Shown: positions 1-21,510 of the stretch, piece after piece | How positions within the stretch are numbered: position 1 is the first letter of the stretch | Layout of the letters: each line of letters starts with the position of its first letter | DNA from: the human T2T-CHM13v2.0 reference genome, Homo sapiens | Assembly (NCBI RefSeq): GCF_009914755.1 | Contig: NC_060943.1 | Reading direction: 5' to 3' (one strand) | Length of the DNA: 64,000 nucleotides | Translations under genes and position numbers: made by a program | The notes under the pieces: model-generated | What the model was told of the DNA's origin: nothing | The model's input: only the letters and a program-made list of their open reading frames with translations | The model's database searches: none

Positions 1-13
1 GTTCTCAATTCTT

Positions 14-322
14 TTATTTTTATTTGTTTATTTATTTTTTGAGATGCAGTTTCACTCTTGTGACCCGGGCTGTAGTGCAATGGCATGATCTTGGCTTACT
101 GTGACCTCTGCCTCCTGGGTTCAAGCCATTCTCCTGCCTCAGCCTCCCAAGTAGCTGGGATTACAGGTGCCACCACCATTCCCAGCTAATTTTTGTATTT
201 TTAGTAGAGATGGGCTTTTGCCATATTTGCCAGGCTGGTCTCAAACTCCTGACCTCAGGTGATCCACTCGCCTCGGCTTCCTAAAGTGCTGGGATGACAG
301 GCATGAGCCTCAATTCCCAGCC
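14..322 (-). mobile_element. AluS element
   Basis: T-rich tail on the left, Alu body, imperfect TSD gttctcaattctt/gctcttaattctt. Confidence 0.9.
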
Positions 323-948
323 ATAAGCTCTTAATTCTTAAGAGACATGGCGATAATTCATGGTGAAGAGGAACTTTACAAACCTGAAAGATGTGACAGT
401 GCTTTTCCCAACACCTCCAACTTTTCTATGCATAAAAAAAATTATACTACACCATAGAAATGTATGAAATGTGACAAAGCCTTTATATGGTTGCCACACT
501 TTATTGTAGGTAATTCATACTTCCAAAATACCTACAAGTATGAAGAATGTGGCAAAACTTTTAATCAGTGCTTACACCGTATTTCACAGGAAAGCTATTA
601 TCCTTGAGAAAAATTGTACAAATATAAAGAATATGGAAAAGCCATTAATGTCCATCACATCTTACTCAACAGAAGAAGGTTCATAAAAGAGCAATTACTG
701 TGACAAAAATCTTTCAGAAAATATAAGCCTTTAAGGTGAAGAAGAGTATTGATTCTGAAGACAAGCATTACAAATATAAAGAGGTTTGTAGTACCTTTGC
801 TTGTATTACAGATCTTATTGCCCGCGTTTTGTATTAGAAGGAAACCCTAAAGCGGTTGCCAAACTTTGTGCAACATCAGGGAATGTATATTGAAGAAGAT
901 TCCTGCAAATGTAATGAGTTTGGAAACACTTCTTAGATAAATTATTTG
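323..948 (+). pseudogene. Decayed C2H2 zinc-finger repeats in the last exon/3' UTR of an upstream + strand KRAB-ZNF gene (coding part lies left of the window)
   Basis: Relics of the HTGEKPYKCEECGKAF pattern, e.g. 'ataattcatggtgaagaggaactttacaaa', 'cctacaagtatgaagaatgtggcaaaacttttaatcag', 'tgtacaaatataaagaatatggaaaagcc', with stops and frameshifts; AATAAA sites follow at ~1964-2495. Confidence 0.8.
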
Positions 949-2768
<1,820 letters not shown>

Positions 2769-3423
2769 AAATAGAAATCATACATATACTGAAAACTTAT
2801 TAATAAATGTTTGTTATATGGTTTTCTTTGAACATGTGGTCTTTGCCTGCAAATGTAGACTTTCAGTGTTAATTTACATCAGTTAAATATACACATATTA
2901 CTCTGAAGATAAACCTTAGATGTAAGAAACTTATGGAGTGTGTTTGTGTGAGCATGAGATTGTACATATTTTCAGAAGAAAAGAACAATTATTGGAACAA
3001 AACAAATTATTTTAATAAGGTGGCTAATAAAAAACTAAGCTCCTTGAGAATGCTGAAAGCAAATCTATGCTTTCTGCTTTGTCTTGAATTTATTAATATA
3101 AAATTTTATGGCTTATGTTTCAAATTTTTTTCAGAATCTGTCTATTAAAGTACAGGCAGCTTTGTCTCCAGAAACAACGCTCTTGAGTACAACAATAAAA
3201 GCCCTCTTCAAACAGAAAACAAATAATCATAGTTAACACTTGTTTTAATGAAAATTCAACCAAAATTAAATAATTAGATATATTTTTATTGTCCTATGTG
3301 TGTGTGAATGTATAAAATGGTGCATAAAGGAAAAATATGCCAGAAAAAAAGTTAATATTTGTAATGAATAAAACTGGAAATTAGTTCATTATTTGCAGGT
3401 GATATCTTTGTTTATGTAGATAA

Positions 3424-3727
<304 letters not shown>

Positions 3728-3749
3728 AAAACCTTTTTTTTTTTTTCCA

Positions 3750-8695
<4,946 letters not shown>

Positions 8696-8849
8696 TCATT
8701 TCATATATTTTTCCATATAATAAAGTATAAAATTAAGGGCATGAACATGAACATGTACATTTTTGAGTGCTATATTTACATCATACAGAATGAGTTGTGA
8801 ATATTTTTCCGATGGAAAAGACATGTTGAGTTAGAAGGTATCTCTCAAA

Positions 8850-9141
<292 letters not shown>

Positions 9142-11497
9142 GATTTTTTTAATTTCTAAGAAGCTCACCAGTAATGCCAATGTTTTTGGCCCAAGAAGGA
9201 TATTTTGTCAAACATCCAGTAAGTGGAAGAGCCTGTGTTTTTCCCAGATTTTTTAGCCTGTAAGCAAAGATAAAAGCCTTCATTTTCCAAAGAGAGATAT
9301 GTAGAAAAAAATAAGAAAAAAGGACAGCTGCCAGATTAAATGTGATGGTTTATGCACATCAGCTGCATAAACATACTTAATAATGAAGAGAAAAATAATT
9401 AACCCTATGGTGAAAAAAATCTGTCAGAGAGCTAATTCACCAAGTGAATCATTAACCATTAACTGCACGAGGACAAATTTTTACGATGTGCTAATGCACA
9501 CAGGAGAACACAGAATCACTGTTGAAATATACTTCCCCAAAAAACTAAATTACAGTCTGAATTTAACCATAAAGAAACATGAGTTTTATGCAAACTTCAA
9601 CATCCAGATAACTCCTATGTTCTGTAATTTTTACTAGTAATTTTAAATAGGGTTCATTTAGCACCCTAGAAAACAAGTATCTCCTGATAAGTTTTTTCAG
9701 AACTTTCTGGGTAATAAATGCCATCCCATTTTAATGAGCATTTTCTTAATCCTGTTCTGCATAGAGCTAATGGAACACACAGATGGAGCCTCAACATTAC
9801 ATGTTCTCCATCTTTACTAAGGACCACACTTTTCCCCAATAGAAATCTTCAGTATCCACATCTTTCCATGTTCAATAGCCACAAAAGGAACATTTTTAAT
9901 ATTGCAGATCATAAATCCTTGCTGAGAATCCTGCGTGACATATAAGAAGCTATGATGTAGAGAATGCAGAGATGGCTCTGGAATATAGGAAAGAAATATT
10001 TTTCAGAGACCCTTGACTATCATAAGAATTTTAACAAGTAGTTAAATCAAACTTATTAGGGAGGAAAAATACAAGTAGAAAAATAAAGGTTTGCAAGTAC
10101 TAAACGCATGGCAGTCCAGGAGGCAGAGTGGACACAGGTCTTCATCTGACACAGGTTTACCTGAAGAAAAGCCTTTTTTTTTCTTTTTCCCCTTCTCTGG
10201 AATTCCTTCTCAGATGAGATTTTCTGGACAAATTAAACCTGCATCTGAAGGATATGCTTTTAAAGGTGTTTACCTGCTAGCATGACATCAACTAGCAGAA
10301 AAAGACAGAAAAAGTCCACCCATTTCTGTCCTTTAAAACAGAAGAGGTTCAGGAAAAATGAGATGCTCCATGAAGATGAAAGTATAAGTTTCTCCTTTCC
10401 TGTCCTCAGGTGCCCTCCCCTGCCACAGACACTAGCAATTTCTGCTACCTTAATGGAAATATGCACCACACTGACCTGTCCCTACTAAACCCAAACAGAA
10501 CTGGCCCTGTGACCACCCTTTAGTCCAAAGGTGGAGCTTAACTCTCATGAATGTATTTTGAGGGCCTCATACCTGATTCTGGCCTAACCTTAGAGTCACA
10601 TGAGGCCCTTCATTAAAACGTGATAGATGCTTCCACCGAGAATGATAAACAGAAGCTGTGGGGAGGGCACAAGAGATTTCTGCAAATTGGCCATTTGATC
10701 CTAATGGGAAGCCTGGGCTGATAACCACTAAGTTAAGCATTGCCTCTCAAGCTTTAATGAGATTATAAATCACCTGGTAATTTTGGCCCCACTTAATGTA
10801 ATGTGATTCTGCAGGTTTGAAAAGGGTCCAAGAGTGAGTGTTTTAAACAAGTCCCCTGTCAATGCAGTTGTTTCTCCCCCTTGGAGAATTATTAACATTA
10901 GAGAAAGCAGGCACAGCACAGGGTCCCTTACACTTAGCACTCTTGTCACAACCAAATACTTCTGGTACAAATAAGGACAACCCATCTCCCTCCTAAAGTT
11001 TTATAGTCTTTGCTGGCTCTTTAGAGTTTACAGAGGAAACAAAAGTCAGCAATGTCTGAATAAGTCTGTATTTAAAAAACAACATGTAAACATGTACTAA
11101 TGCAATGTTTATTAAGCAGGTACTATGTGCTCAAGGGTAAGATACAGAGCACTGTGCTGGTCATCCCTCATTATGTAATTTAATTCTCATAACACCCTGG
11201 GAGCTGGTACTAAGGGTTTAATAATTTTTAGGATTTAGATAAAGGGCCCAGCATTTTTATTTCTTCTGTTTCTCTGTCATCAAATTTTTTAAAAAACTGT
11301 AAATAGTAAAGCTAAATATAGGCAGATGAAAGAGATATAGAAAGGAAGAGTTTAATGTAGCTCAGAGAAAATTTTATTCTGTTTATATTCACTTTTTTGT
11401 GACTTGTGGAGCAACTACTGGATCTGCAGGAATAGAAAACAAGTTGCTAAAGAGAATGTCTCTGCAACCACTGGTTTTAATGGAAAATTTAAAAACT

Positions 11498-11802
<305 letters not shown>

Positions 11803-12269
11803 AAAATTTAAAAACTAAGGCTCTACAATATATACTTTATTTTTCCCATTTATCTGCTTTTGGGTTTCAGGAAATTGTGAGTAGCAGCTCTAGAACTGCT
11901 GCAGGATTCATCAGCCAAAATTCTGATAACTTCTAATCAGTTCTGTGAGGCAAGACTCCAGGGCAGGGTCAGACCTAAATAAGGCCTCCAAAAAGGGTGA
12001 ATCTGAACAGGTCTGGGACAAGGTGAGGACCCTATAGAATTCTGTTCTCTATGCCACTGGAGTACTAACAATTTTGTTTTTTCTAAGCTTGCCTGAAAGA
12101 AGCCTAAAATCCCAGAGTTTCTGTTATTTTCATTTTTTCTAGCCACTACCCTGTCAACTGTATACTATATACTAATATGCAAATTAAACAAATCTCTTCA
12201 GGTTTTGTAGTGTAATTTTATTAGAAAATAAATACTGTGCACTTAACAACATAAAAGAAATAGATTTTA

Positions 12270-12623
<354 letters not shown>

Positions 12624-13329
12624 TTACAACAATATAAAGAAATAGCCTAAATAAAGCCTAAGATTTTGGGCATATCTATTTATTGTACCAACCATATGAT
12701 GCATAATTCAATTATTTATCTGGGTGCTAGTCTAGACTAAAAGTTTCTAGATGGTAGGAACCATGACTGCTTCATGGATTTTTTTAAATGGCCATATGAA
12801 ATGGAAGCAACTAGTTTATCTATTTGGGTCTCCGGATTTTCTCCTTTTGTATCATCCAAGTACCAGGAAACCGGAGAAACTCTCATCTGGGTACCAACCA
12901 AAGACACCTCTTGTATGAGGGGATGAACTAACAGGATGACTCATTTCTCTCACACTGAGACAGAAGGAGAATTAACCATTCTTGTCAGCCTGACATAATT
13001 CCGCTCAGGACATCCTCAAATGCCTCAAAGGCACCTAGATGATTGTGAGAGAATTCTCGGTGACCAGGGGCTAATGTCCCAATGATAAACCAGGCTGGAG
13101 AGACTCAGGCTGATTCTAAATAGAAAATGGAACTGTCCTGGTGGAGCTCCAGAACCTAGATCACCTATTCTAATTTGCTAGCTCCATGGTATAAAATATT
13201 TTTTTGGAACTTCTTAAATTTTTTCAACTCTTGGACATCTGAATTTTGCATACTGTATGCACTTGAAAGAATGTTTATGGGTGAAAATGCAGAAGAGGGA
13301 AATATGTTATAAAAAATCCATGAATGAAC

Positions 13330-15335
13330 AATACCTATGCAACAGAATAGAGAGCCCAGAAATAATGCCACCCTCCTACAACGATTAGATTTTTGCCAAA
13401 GCTGACAAGAGGAATGTGGGAAGAATTCTCTATTTCATAAATGGAGTTGGAATAACTACCTAGCACTATGCAGAAGACTGAAACTGGACCTCTTCATTAC
13501 ACCATATACAAAACTCAACTCAAAATAAATTAAAGACTTAAATGTAAAATTTAAAATTATAAGACACCCTGCAAGATAACCTAAGAAATACCATTCTAGA
13601 CATAGAAACTGGGAAAACCTTCATGATGAGTCTATCAAAAGCAATTGCCACAAAAGCAAAAATGGACAAAAGGGACCTATTTAAACTAAAGAGCTTCTTC
13701 ACAGCAAAGGAAACTATCAACAGAGTAAACAGACAACATACAGAATAAAGAAAATATTTGCAAACATTGCCTCTGACAGAGGACTAATATCCAGAATTTA
13801 TTAAGAGCTCAAACAAGTTTACAAGAAAAAAAACAAATAACCTCATTAAAAGTAGAAAAGAAAAACATGAACATATTCTTTTCAAAAGAAGACAAATGTG
13901 CAGTTAACAAGCATGTGAAAAAAATGCTCATTGCTAATTATTAGAGAAATTAAAAGAAAAACCACAATGAGATACCGCATCACACCCATCAGAATGGCTA
14001 TTTTTAAAAAGTCAAAAAATAATAGATGCTGGCAAGGTTGCAGAGAAAAGGGAATGCTTATACTCTGCTGGTGAGAGTGTAAATTAGTTCAACAACTGTA
14101 AAAAGCAGTGTGGCGATTCCTCACAGAACTAGAAACAGAATTATCATTTGACCCAGCAACCTCATAATTGGGTATATACCCAAAGAAATATAAATTATTA
14201 TATTACAAAGACACATCTATATGCATGTTCACTGTAGCACTATTCACAATAGCAAAGACACGGACAGGCACTAAATGCCTACCAATGATAGACTAGATAA
14301 AGAAAATATGGTATGGTCAGATGTTGTGGCTCATGCCTATAATCCCAGCACTTTGGGAGGCCATGGCAGGTGGGTTGCCTGAGCTTAGAAGTTTGAGACC
14401 AGCCTGGGCAACAAGACAAAATCTTGTCTCCCCGGAAAAAAAAAATATATAAAATTGCCCAGTTATGGTAATGCACGTATGTAGTCCCAGCTACAAGGGA
14501 AGATGAGGTAGGAGAGAATTGCTTGAGCCTGGGAGATTGTGGCTAAAGTAAGCCAATATCATGCCCTGGCACTGTAGCCTAGGCAATAAGCCTGTCTCCA
14601 AAAATAAAATAAAATAAAAGATTTAGTAAAAACAAAATATGGTATATAAACATTACAAAATACTGGGTAGCTATTTAAAAAAAATCATGTCCTTTGCAAT
14701 AACATAGATGAATCTGGAGACCATTATTCTTAGAAAATGAATGCAGAGGCTGGACATGGTGGCTCATGCCTGTAATGCTAACACTTTGGGAGGCCGAGGT
14801 GGGCGAACCACCTGAGGTTGGGAGTTTGAGACTAGCCTGACCAACATGGATTAACCCTGTCTCTACTAAAAATACAAAATTAGCTAGGCATGGTGGTGCC
14901 TGCCTGTAACCCCAGCTACTGGGGAGGCTGAGGCAGGAGAACCGCTTGAACCCAGGATACGAATGTTTTGATGAGCCAAGATGTTACCATGGCTCTCCAG
15001 CCTGGACAACAAGAGCAAAACTCCCTTTCAAAACAAACAAACAAAAAAACAACAAAAAAAGAAAACTAATGCGGAAACACAAAACCAAATGCATGTTATA
15101 ATTTATAAATAAGAGCTAAGAAGTAAGAACACAGAACACAAAGAGAAGAACAGACACAGGCCTAGTTGAGGCTGGAGGGTAGAAGGACTCAGAAGATCAG
15201 AAAACATAATTGTTTGGTGCTATGGGTAGTACCTCAGTGACAAAATAATCGGCACACCAAATCCCCATGACATAATTTTAGCTGTATAACAAACCCACAT
15301 GTGTACCCGGAACCAAAAATAAAAGCTAAAAGAAA
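13330..15335 (+). mobile_element. Old L1 3' part (L1PB/L1MA class), interrupted by AluJ (~14314-14618) and AluS (~14748-15060)
   Basis: ORF2 C-terminal and 3' UTR motifs ('aaactaaagagcttcttcacagcaaaggaaac', 'cacaatgagataccg', 'cactattcacaatagcaaagac'). Confidence 0.85.
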
Positions 15336-15342
15336 AACAAAT

Positions 15343-16830
15343 CCCCTCTCCCTCTCCCTCCGCCTCCCCCTCCCTCTCCCTCTCCGTCTCCGTCTCCCTC
15401 TCCCCAGGGTCTCCCTCTCCCTCTCTTTCCACGGTCTCCCTCTGATGCCGAGCCGAAGCTGGACTGTACTGCTGCCATCTCAGCTCACTGCAGCCTCCCT
15501 GCCTGATTCTCCTGCCTCAGCCTGCCGAGTGCCTGTGATTGCAGGCGCGCGCCGCCACGCCTGACTGGTTTTCGTGTTTTTTTGGTGGAGACGGGGTTTC
15601 GCTGTGTTGGCCGGGCCGGTCTCCAGCCCCTAACCGCGAGTGATCCGCCAGCCTCGGCCTCCCGAGGTGCCGGGATTGCAGACGGAGTCTGGTTCACTCA
15701 GTGCTCAATGGTGCCCAGGCTGGAGTGCAGTGGCGTGATCTTGGCTCGCTACAACCTCCACCTCCCAGCCGCCTGCCTTGGCTTCCCAAAATGCCGAGAT
15801 TGCAGCCTCTGCCCGGTCGCCACCCCATCTGGGAAGTGAGGAGCGTCTCTGCCTGGCCGCCCATCATCTGGGATGTGAGGAGCCCTTCTGCCTGGCTGCC
15901 CAGTCTGGAAAGTGAGGAGCGTCTCTGCCTGGCCACCATCCCATCTAGGAAGTGAGGAGCGCCTCTTCCCGGCCGCCATCACATCTGGGAAGTGAGGAGC
16001 GTCTCTGCCTGGCCACCCATCGTCTGAGATGTGGGGAGCGCCTCTGCCCCACCGCCCTGTCTGGGAAGTGAGGAGCGTCTCCGCCCGGCAGCCACCCCGT
16101 CCGGGAGGGAGGTGGGGGGGGTCAGCCCCCCGCCCGGCCAGCCGCCCCATCCGGGAGGGAGGTGGGGGTCAGCCCCCCGCCCGGCCAGCCGCCCCGTCCG
16201 GGAGGGAGGTGGGGGGGGTCAGCCCCCAGCCCGGCCAGCCACCCCGTCCGGGAGGTGAGGGGCGCCTCTGCCAGGCCACCACCCCGTCTGGGAGGTGTAC
16301 CCAACAGCTCATTGAGAACGGGCCATGATGACAATGGCGGTTTTGTGGAATAGAAAGGGGGGAAAGGTGAGGAAAAGATTGAGAAATCGGATGGTTGCCG
16401 TGTCTGTGTAGAAAGAAGTATACATGGGAGACTTCATTTTGATCTGTACTAAGAAAAATTCTTCTGCCTTGGGATTCTGTTGATCTCTTGACCTTACCCC
16501 CAACCCTGTGCTCTCTGAAACATGTGCTGTGTCCACTCAGGGTTAAATGGATTAAGGGTGGTGCAAGATGTGCTTTGTTAAACAGATGCTTGAAGGCAGC
16601 ATGCTCGTTAAGAGTCATCACCACTCCCTAATCTCAAGTACCCAGGGACACAAACACTGCGGAAGGCCGCAGGGTCCTCTGCCTAGGAAAACCAGAGACC
16701 TTTGTTCACTTGTTTATCTGCTGACCTTCCCTCCACTATTGTCCTATGACCCTGCCAAATCCCCCTCTGCGAGAAACACCCAAGAATGATCAATAAAAAA
16801 AATAAATTAAAAAAAAAAAGAAAAAAAATC
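15343..16830 (+). mobile_element. Full-length SVA retrotransposon (SVA_C/D-like)
   Basis: CCCTCT hexamers, antisense Alu-like domain, GC-rich VNTR (~15800-16300), SINE-R, AATAAA and poly-A; TSD aaagaaaaa(c/a)aaatcccc; empty site in duplicate copy 2 at ~33140-33160. Confidence 0.97.
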
Positions 16831-17339
16831 CCCAGGTGAGAGAGAGTGCAATGTCAGTGAATGGACAGATTTTTGCTACAGATAGTTGACCAGGTGGGGC
16901 TGTACTCTGATTTATTTCTGTGTGCATGCAGGCAGATGAGATTATGAAAAGGAGGGCCAGAACCCTAGGCTGGTGGAGAAAACAGGTTGCTGCTGCAGAT
17001 TCGATATCCGGGGATGGGAATATGCAAGGAAACTTGTAGATACTTTTGGCTTTTTGGCTAGAAGTGCTTGGACCAAAAATGTCATGGTGAAGTCACTGAG
17101 GGTGGTGCCTAGTCCTGGGAGGAGTGTGGACATGTCAATGTCTAGTGTGTGTGTTTGGGAGTATGTGGGAATCCTGTGGTGGCAGCTGCAAGAAAAGGGG
17201 ATGTGTCATCAGAGCTCCTTTCCTGTAAGTTTTCAGTCCTCTGTCACCCTGGGAGAAGACCTGGAATCACAGGACAATGGGCAGTGTGACAATCTGTGTA
17301 CAGGAGAGCAGAATCTCCCATTCCCAAACACCCAGAGTT

Positions 17340-17720
17340 TTATTCCAGGCCAGGCCTCCATGATATCTTCTTTCTGGCACCAAATCTGTAGCATTTGCTG
17401 AACATCAAACAATTCTCCAACACCAACTTATTGTATAACATTTGATTTCTAACACTACCCAGAGTCAGCACAGACCCTGATTCAGGGCTCGGTCCCACAA
17501 CATTGTTCTCACTGCAGATGCCAGTCATAAATCCCATGGGCCCATCTATGGTTCTGAGCTACTGTTTAAAAACTGGGGACTCCCATAACTTCCCTGAAGC
17601 TCAGTAATTTGGTAGAGCTACTCACAGAACTCAGCAAAACACTGTAGTTATGCTTACTGGTTTAATATATAAGATGCAGCCCAGGAAAAGCCAAGTGGAA
17701 GAAATGCATAGAACAAAGAA
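17340..17720. mobile_element. MER21-like LTR remnant (paralogue ~33645-34020)
   Basis: Motifs 'ctaacactacccagagtcagcacagacc', 'ctcacagaactcagcaaaacac', 'aagccaagtggaagaaatgcatag' recalled from MER21. Confidence 0.55.
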
Positions 17721-17972
17721 AAGAGATGAGGAAAGATGAAACACATAGATAATTATGAAAAATATTTGTGATTAATAAAATTCTCCTTCCTTTGTGTGCT
17801 TCAGGAACAGTTTATGGAAAGAAACACTCTTCCCGTTATGATTAAGATGATGCTCCCTTTTCTTGCCTATCACACAGCCAGACATACACTCTGCACATTT
17901 TCTCCTTTTTCTCATTAAAAAAAAAACAAAAAACCAGCTGAATTTGCCTTCAGCAGTCAAAATCAATTATGA

Positions 17973-18345
<373 letters not shown>

Positions 18346-19867
18346 TGAGTCAACATACAACCCCATTTTATGTCCCTCCTAAGAACATGCTGATTTCAGG
18401 GTAAGCCATTCTCTGATCTAAAATCTGACTTTTTCACCCTCCATTTGCTGTTCCTCTCCCACCTCCTTTCTAATCTTGTTTGCTCTTCCCTAGAAAAGAA
18501 AGCCCTTTTCTGCCTATATTTTTGCAAGCCATAAAGATATTATAGTTATTTGGTGCTTCCTTTTGTTGCAATACTTTTTTGGAATTGGTTTTTTACCTGC
18601 CTCTTGAGAATATGCCTTTAAGGGTGTCAGTACCACATGTTTACCTGCAAGCATGACATCAACTGGCAGAAAAGACAGAAAAAGTCCATCCATTTCTGTC
18701 CCTTAAAGCAGAAGGTATTTGGGAACAATGTGCTGCTCCATAAAGATAAAAATATGTTTCTTCTTCCCTGTCCTCAGGTGCCCTCCCCTGCCACAGACAC
18801 CAGCAATTTCTGCTACAGAACCTGCAGAGAAAAAGAGAAGAAATTAAAATGCTGGGCCCTTTTTCTAAATCCTGGAAATTAGTATTAAATCCTTAGTACC
18901 AGCTCCCAGGGTGTTATGAGGATTAAATTATATAATGTATTATGCCCAGCAGAGTTCTCTGTATCACAATCTTGAGCACATAGTACCTGCTTCATACAGT
19001 AATACAAATATACACCACTCTGACCTGTCCATACCAAGCCAAAACAGAACAGGCCCTGTGGCTACCCTTTAGTCCAAAAGTGGAACTTAATTCTCATGAA
19101 TATATTTTGAAGGCCTCATACCTGATTCTGGCCTCACCTTAGAGTCACATGAGGCCCTTCATTAAAACAACATGGATGTTTTCAACCAGAATAATAAACA
19201 GAAGCTGTGGTGAGGGTACAAGAGATTTCTGCATATTGGCCATGTGATCCTAATGAGAAGCCTGGGCTGATAACCACTAAGCTAAGCATTGCCTCTCAAG
19301 CTTTAATGAGCTTATAATTCACTTGGTAATTCTGGCCACACTTTAAGTAATGTGATTCTGCAGGTTTGAAAAGGGTCTGTGAATCAGTGTTTTAAACAAG
19401 TCCCCTGTCAATGCTGATGTTACTCCTCCTTGGCTCATTATTAACATTAGTTAGAAAAGCAGGCAAACCACAGGGTCCCTTACACTTAGCACTGTTGTCA
19501 CAATCAGATAACTCTGGTACAAATAAGGACAACTCATCTCCATCCTAAAGTTTTATATTCTTTGCTGGCTCTTTAAAGTTTACAGAAGAAACAGAAGGTA
19601 ATTACCAGGATTTAGAAAAAGAGCCAAGCATTTTAATTTCTTGTTTTTCTGTCATCAAAAATTTTTAAAAATTGTATAGAATAAAAGCTAAGTATAGACA
19701 GATGAATGAGACATAAAAAGGAAGAGGTTAGTTTAGAGAAAATTTTATTCTGTTTGTATTTACTTTTTTTTGACTTACGGAGCAACTACTGGATCTGCGG
19801 GAATAAGAAACAAGTTGCTAAATAGAATGTCTCTGCATCCAATGGTTTTCATAGAAAATTAAAAAAC

Positions 19868-20168
19868 GGCTGGGTGCGGTGGCTCATGCTTGTAATCCCA
19901 GCACTTTGGGAGGCAGAGGCGGGCGGATCACGAGGTCAGGAGATCGAGACCATCCTGGCTAACGTGGTGAAACCCCATCTCTACTAAAAATACAAAAAAT
20001 TAGCTGGGCGTGGTGGCGAGCGCCTGTAGTCCCAGCTACTCGGAGGTTGAGGCAGGAGAATGGCATGAACCCGGGAGGCAGAGCTTGCAGTGAGCCGAGA
20101 TCGCGCCACTGCACTCCAGCCTGGGCAACGGAGTGAGACTCCGTCTCAAAAAAAAAAAAAAAAAAAAA
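19868..20168 (+). mobile_element. AluY
   Basis: 'gatcacgaggtcaggagatcgagaccatcctggctaac', 'gagcttgcagtgagccgagatcgcg', long pure A tail. Confidence 0.93.
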
Positions 20169-21431
20169 GAAAATTTAAAAATGAAGACCCTCAAATACAT
20201 ACTTTATTTTTTTGTATTTATCTGCTTTTGGATTTCAGGAAATTGTGAGCAGCAGCTCTAGAAATACTGCAGGATTCACCAGCCAAAACTGATCTCTGCC
20301 AATCAGTTCTGTGAGGCAAGACTCCAGGGTAGGTCTGGACCTACATAAAGCCTCCAAAAAAGGTGAATCTGAACAGGTCTGGGGCAGAGTGAGGATCCTT
20401 TGTAGAATTCTGTTCTCTATGCCACTGGGATACTTCCAGTTTTGTTTTTCTAAGCCTACCTAAAAGAAACTTAAATCCCAGAGTTTCTGTAATTTTAATA
20501 TTTTCTAGCCACGGCCCTGTCAACTTTATACTATATACTAATATGCAATTTAAAGAAATCCCTTCAGGTTTCCTAGGGTAATTTTATTGGAAAATAAATA
20601 TGTACAGTTAGCAAGGTAAAAGAAATAGAAACTATACGGCTGGGTGCAGTGGCTAAGTCCCACAATTCCAGCACTTTGAAAGGCTGAGGTGGGTGGATCA
20701 TGAGGGCAGGAGTTCAAGACCAGCCTGACCAAGATGGTGAAACCTTGCCTCTACTAAAAATACAAAAATTAGCTGGGCATCGTGGCTGTGGCCAGTAATC
20801 TCAGCTACTTGGGAGGCTGAGGCAGGAGAATGGCTTGAACCCGAGTGGCAGAAATTACAGTAAGCCAAGATCGTGCCACTGCACTCCAGCCTGGGGAACT
20901 GAGATTCTGTCTAAAAAAAAAACAACAAAACTATAATAATTGTTCGGTTCATAAATATATTCAGGTGTAGATATCAGAAGTCACAACAGCATAAAGTGGC
21001 ATAAATAAAGCCCAAGACTTTGGACACATCTATATATTCCACCAACCATATGATGCATAATTCAATTATTCATGAAGTTGCTAGTCTAGACTAAAAGTTT
21101 CTGGATTGTAGGAACAATGACTGCTTCATGTATTTTTTTAATGGCCATATAAAATGGAAGTAATGAGTTTATCTATTTGGGTCTCCAGGTCTCCTTATTT
21201 ATCATCCAAGTACCAGAAAACTGGATAAACTCTCATCTGAGTACCAACCAAAGATACCTCTTGTATGAGAGGATGAACAAAAACACAGGATGACTGATTT
21301 CTCTTACACCGAGACAGAAGCAGAATTAATCACTCTTGTCAACCTGACACAACTCTGCTCTGGATATTCCCAAATGCCTCAAAGACACCTAGGTGATTGT
21401 GAGAGAATTCCCAGTGACCATGGGCTGATGT

Positions 21432-21510
21432 CTCAATAAGCCAGGCTGGAGAGACTCAATGATAAGCCAGGCTGGAGAGACTCAATGATAAGCCAGGCTG
21501 GAGAGACTCA
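21432..21510. repeat. 26-bp tandem repeat x3 (ctcaatgataagccaggctggagaga)
   Basis: Directly visible; a single unit in copy 1 at ~13080. Confidence 0.92.

Noticed and set aside
15220-16789. Dense overlapping ORFs on both strands
   Set aside because: GC-rich SVA VNTR and Alu-like sequence lacks stops by composition
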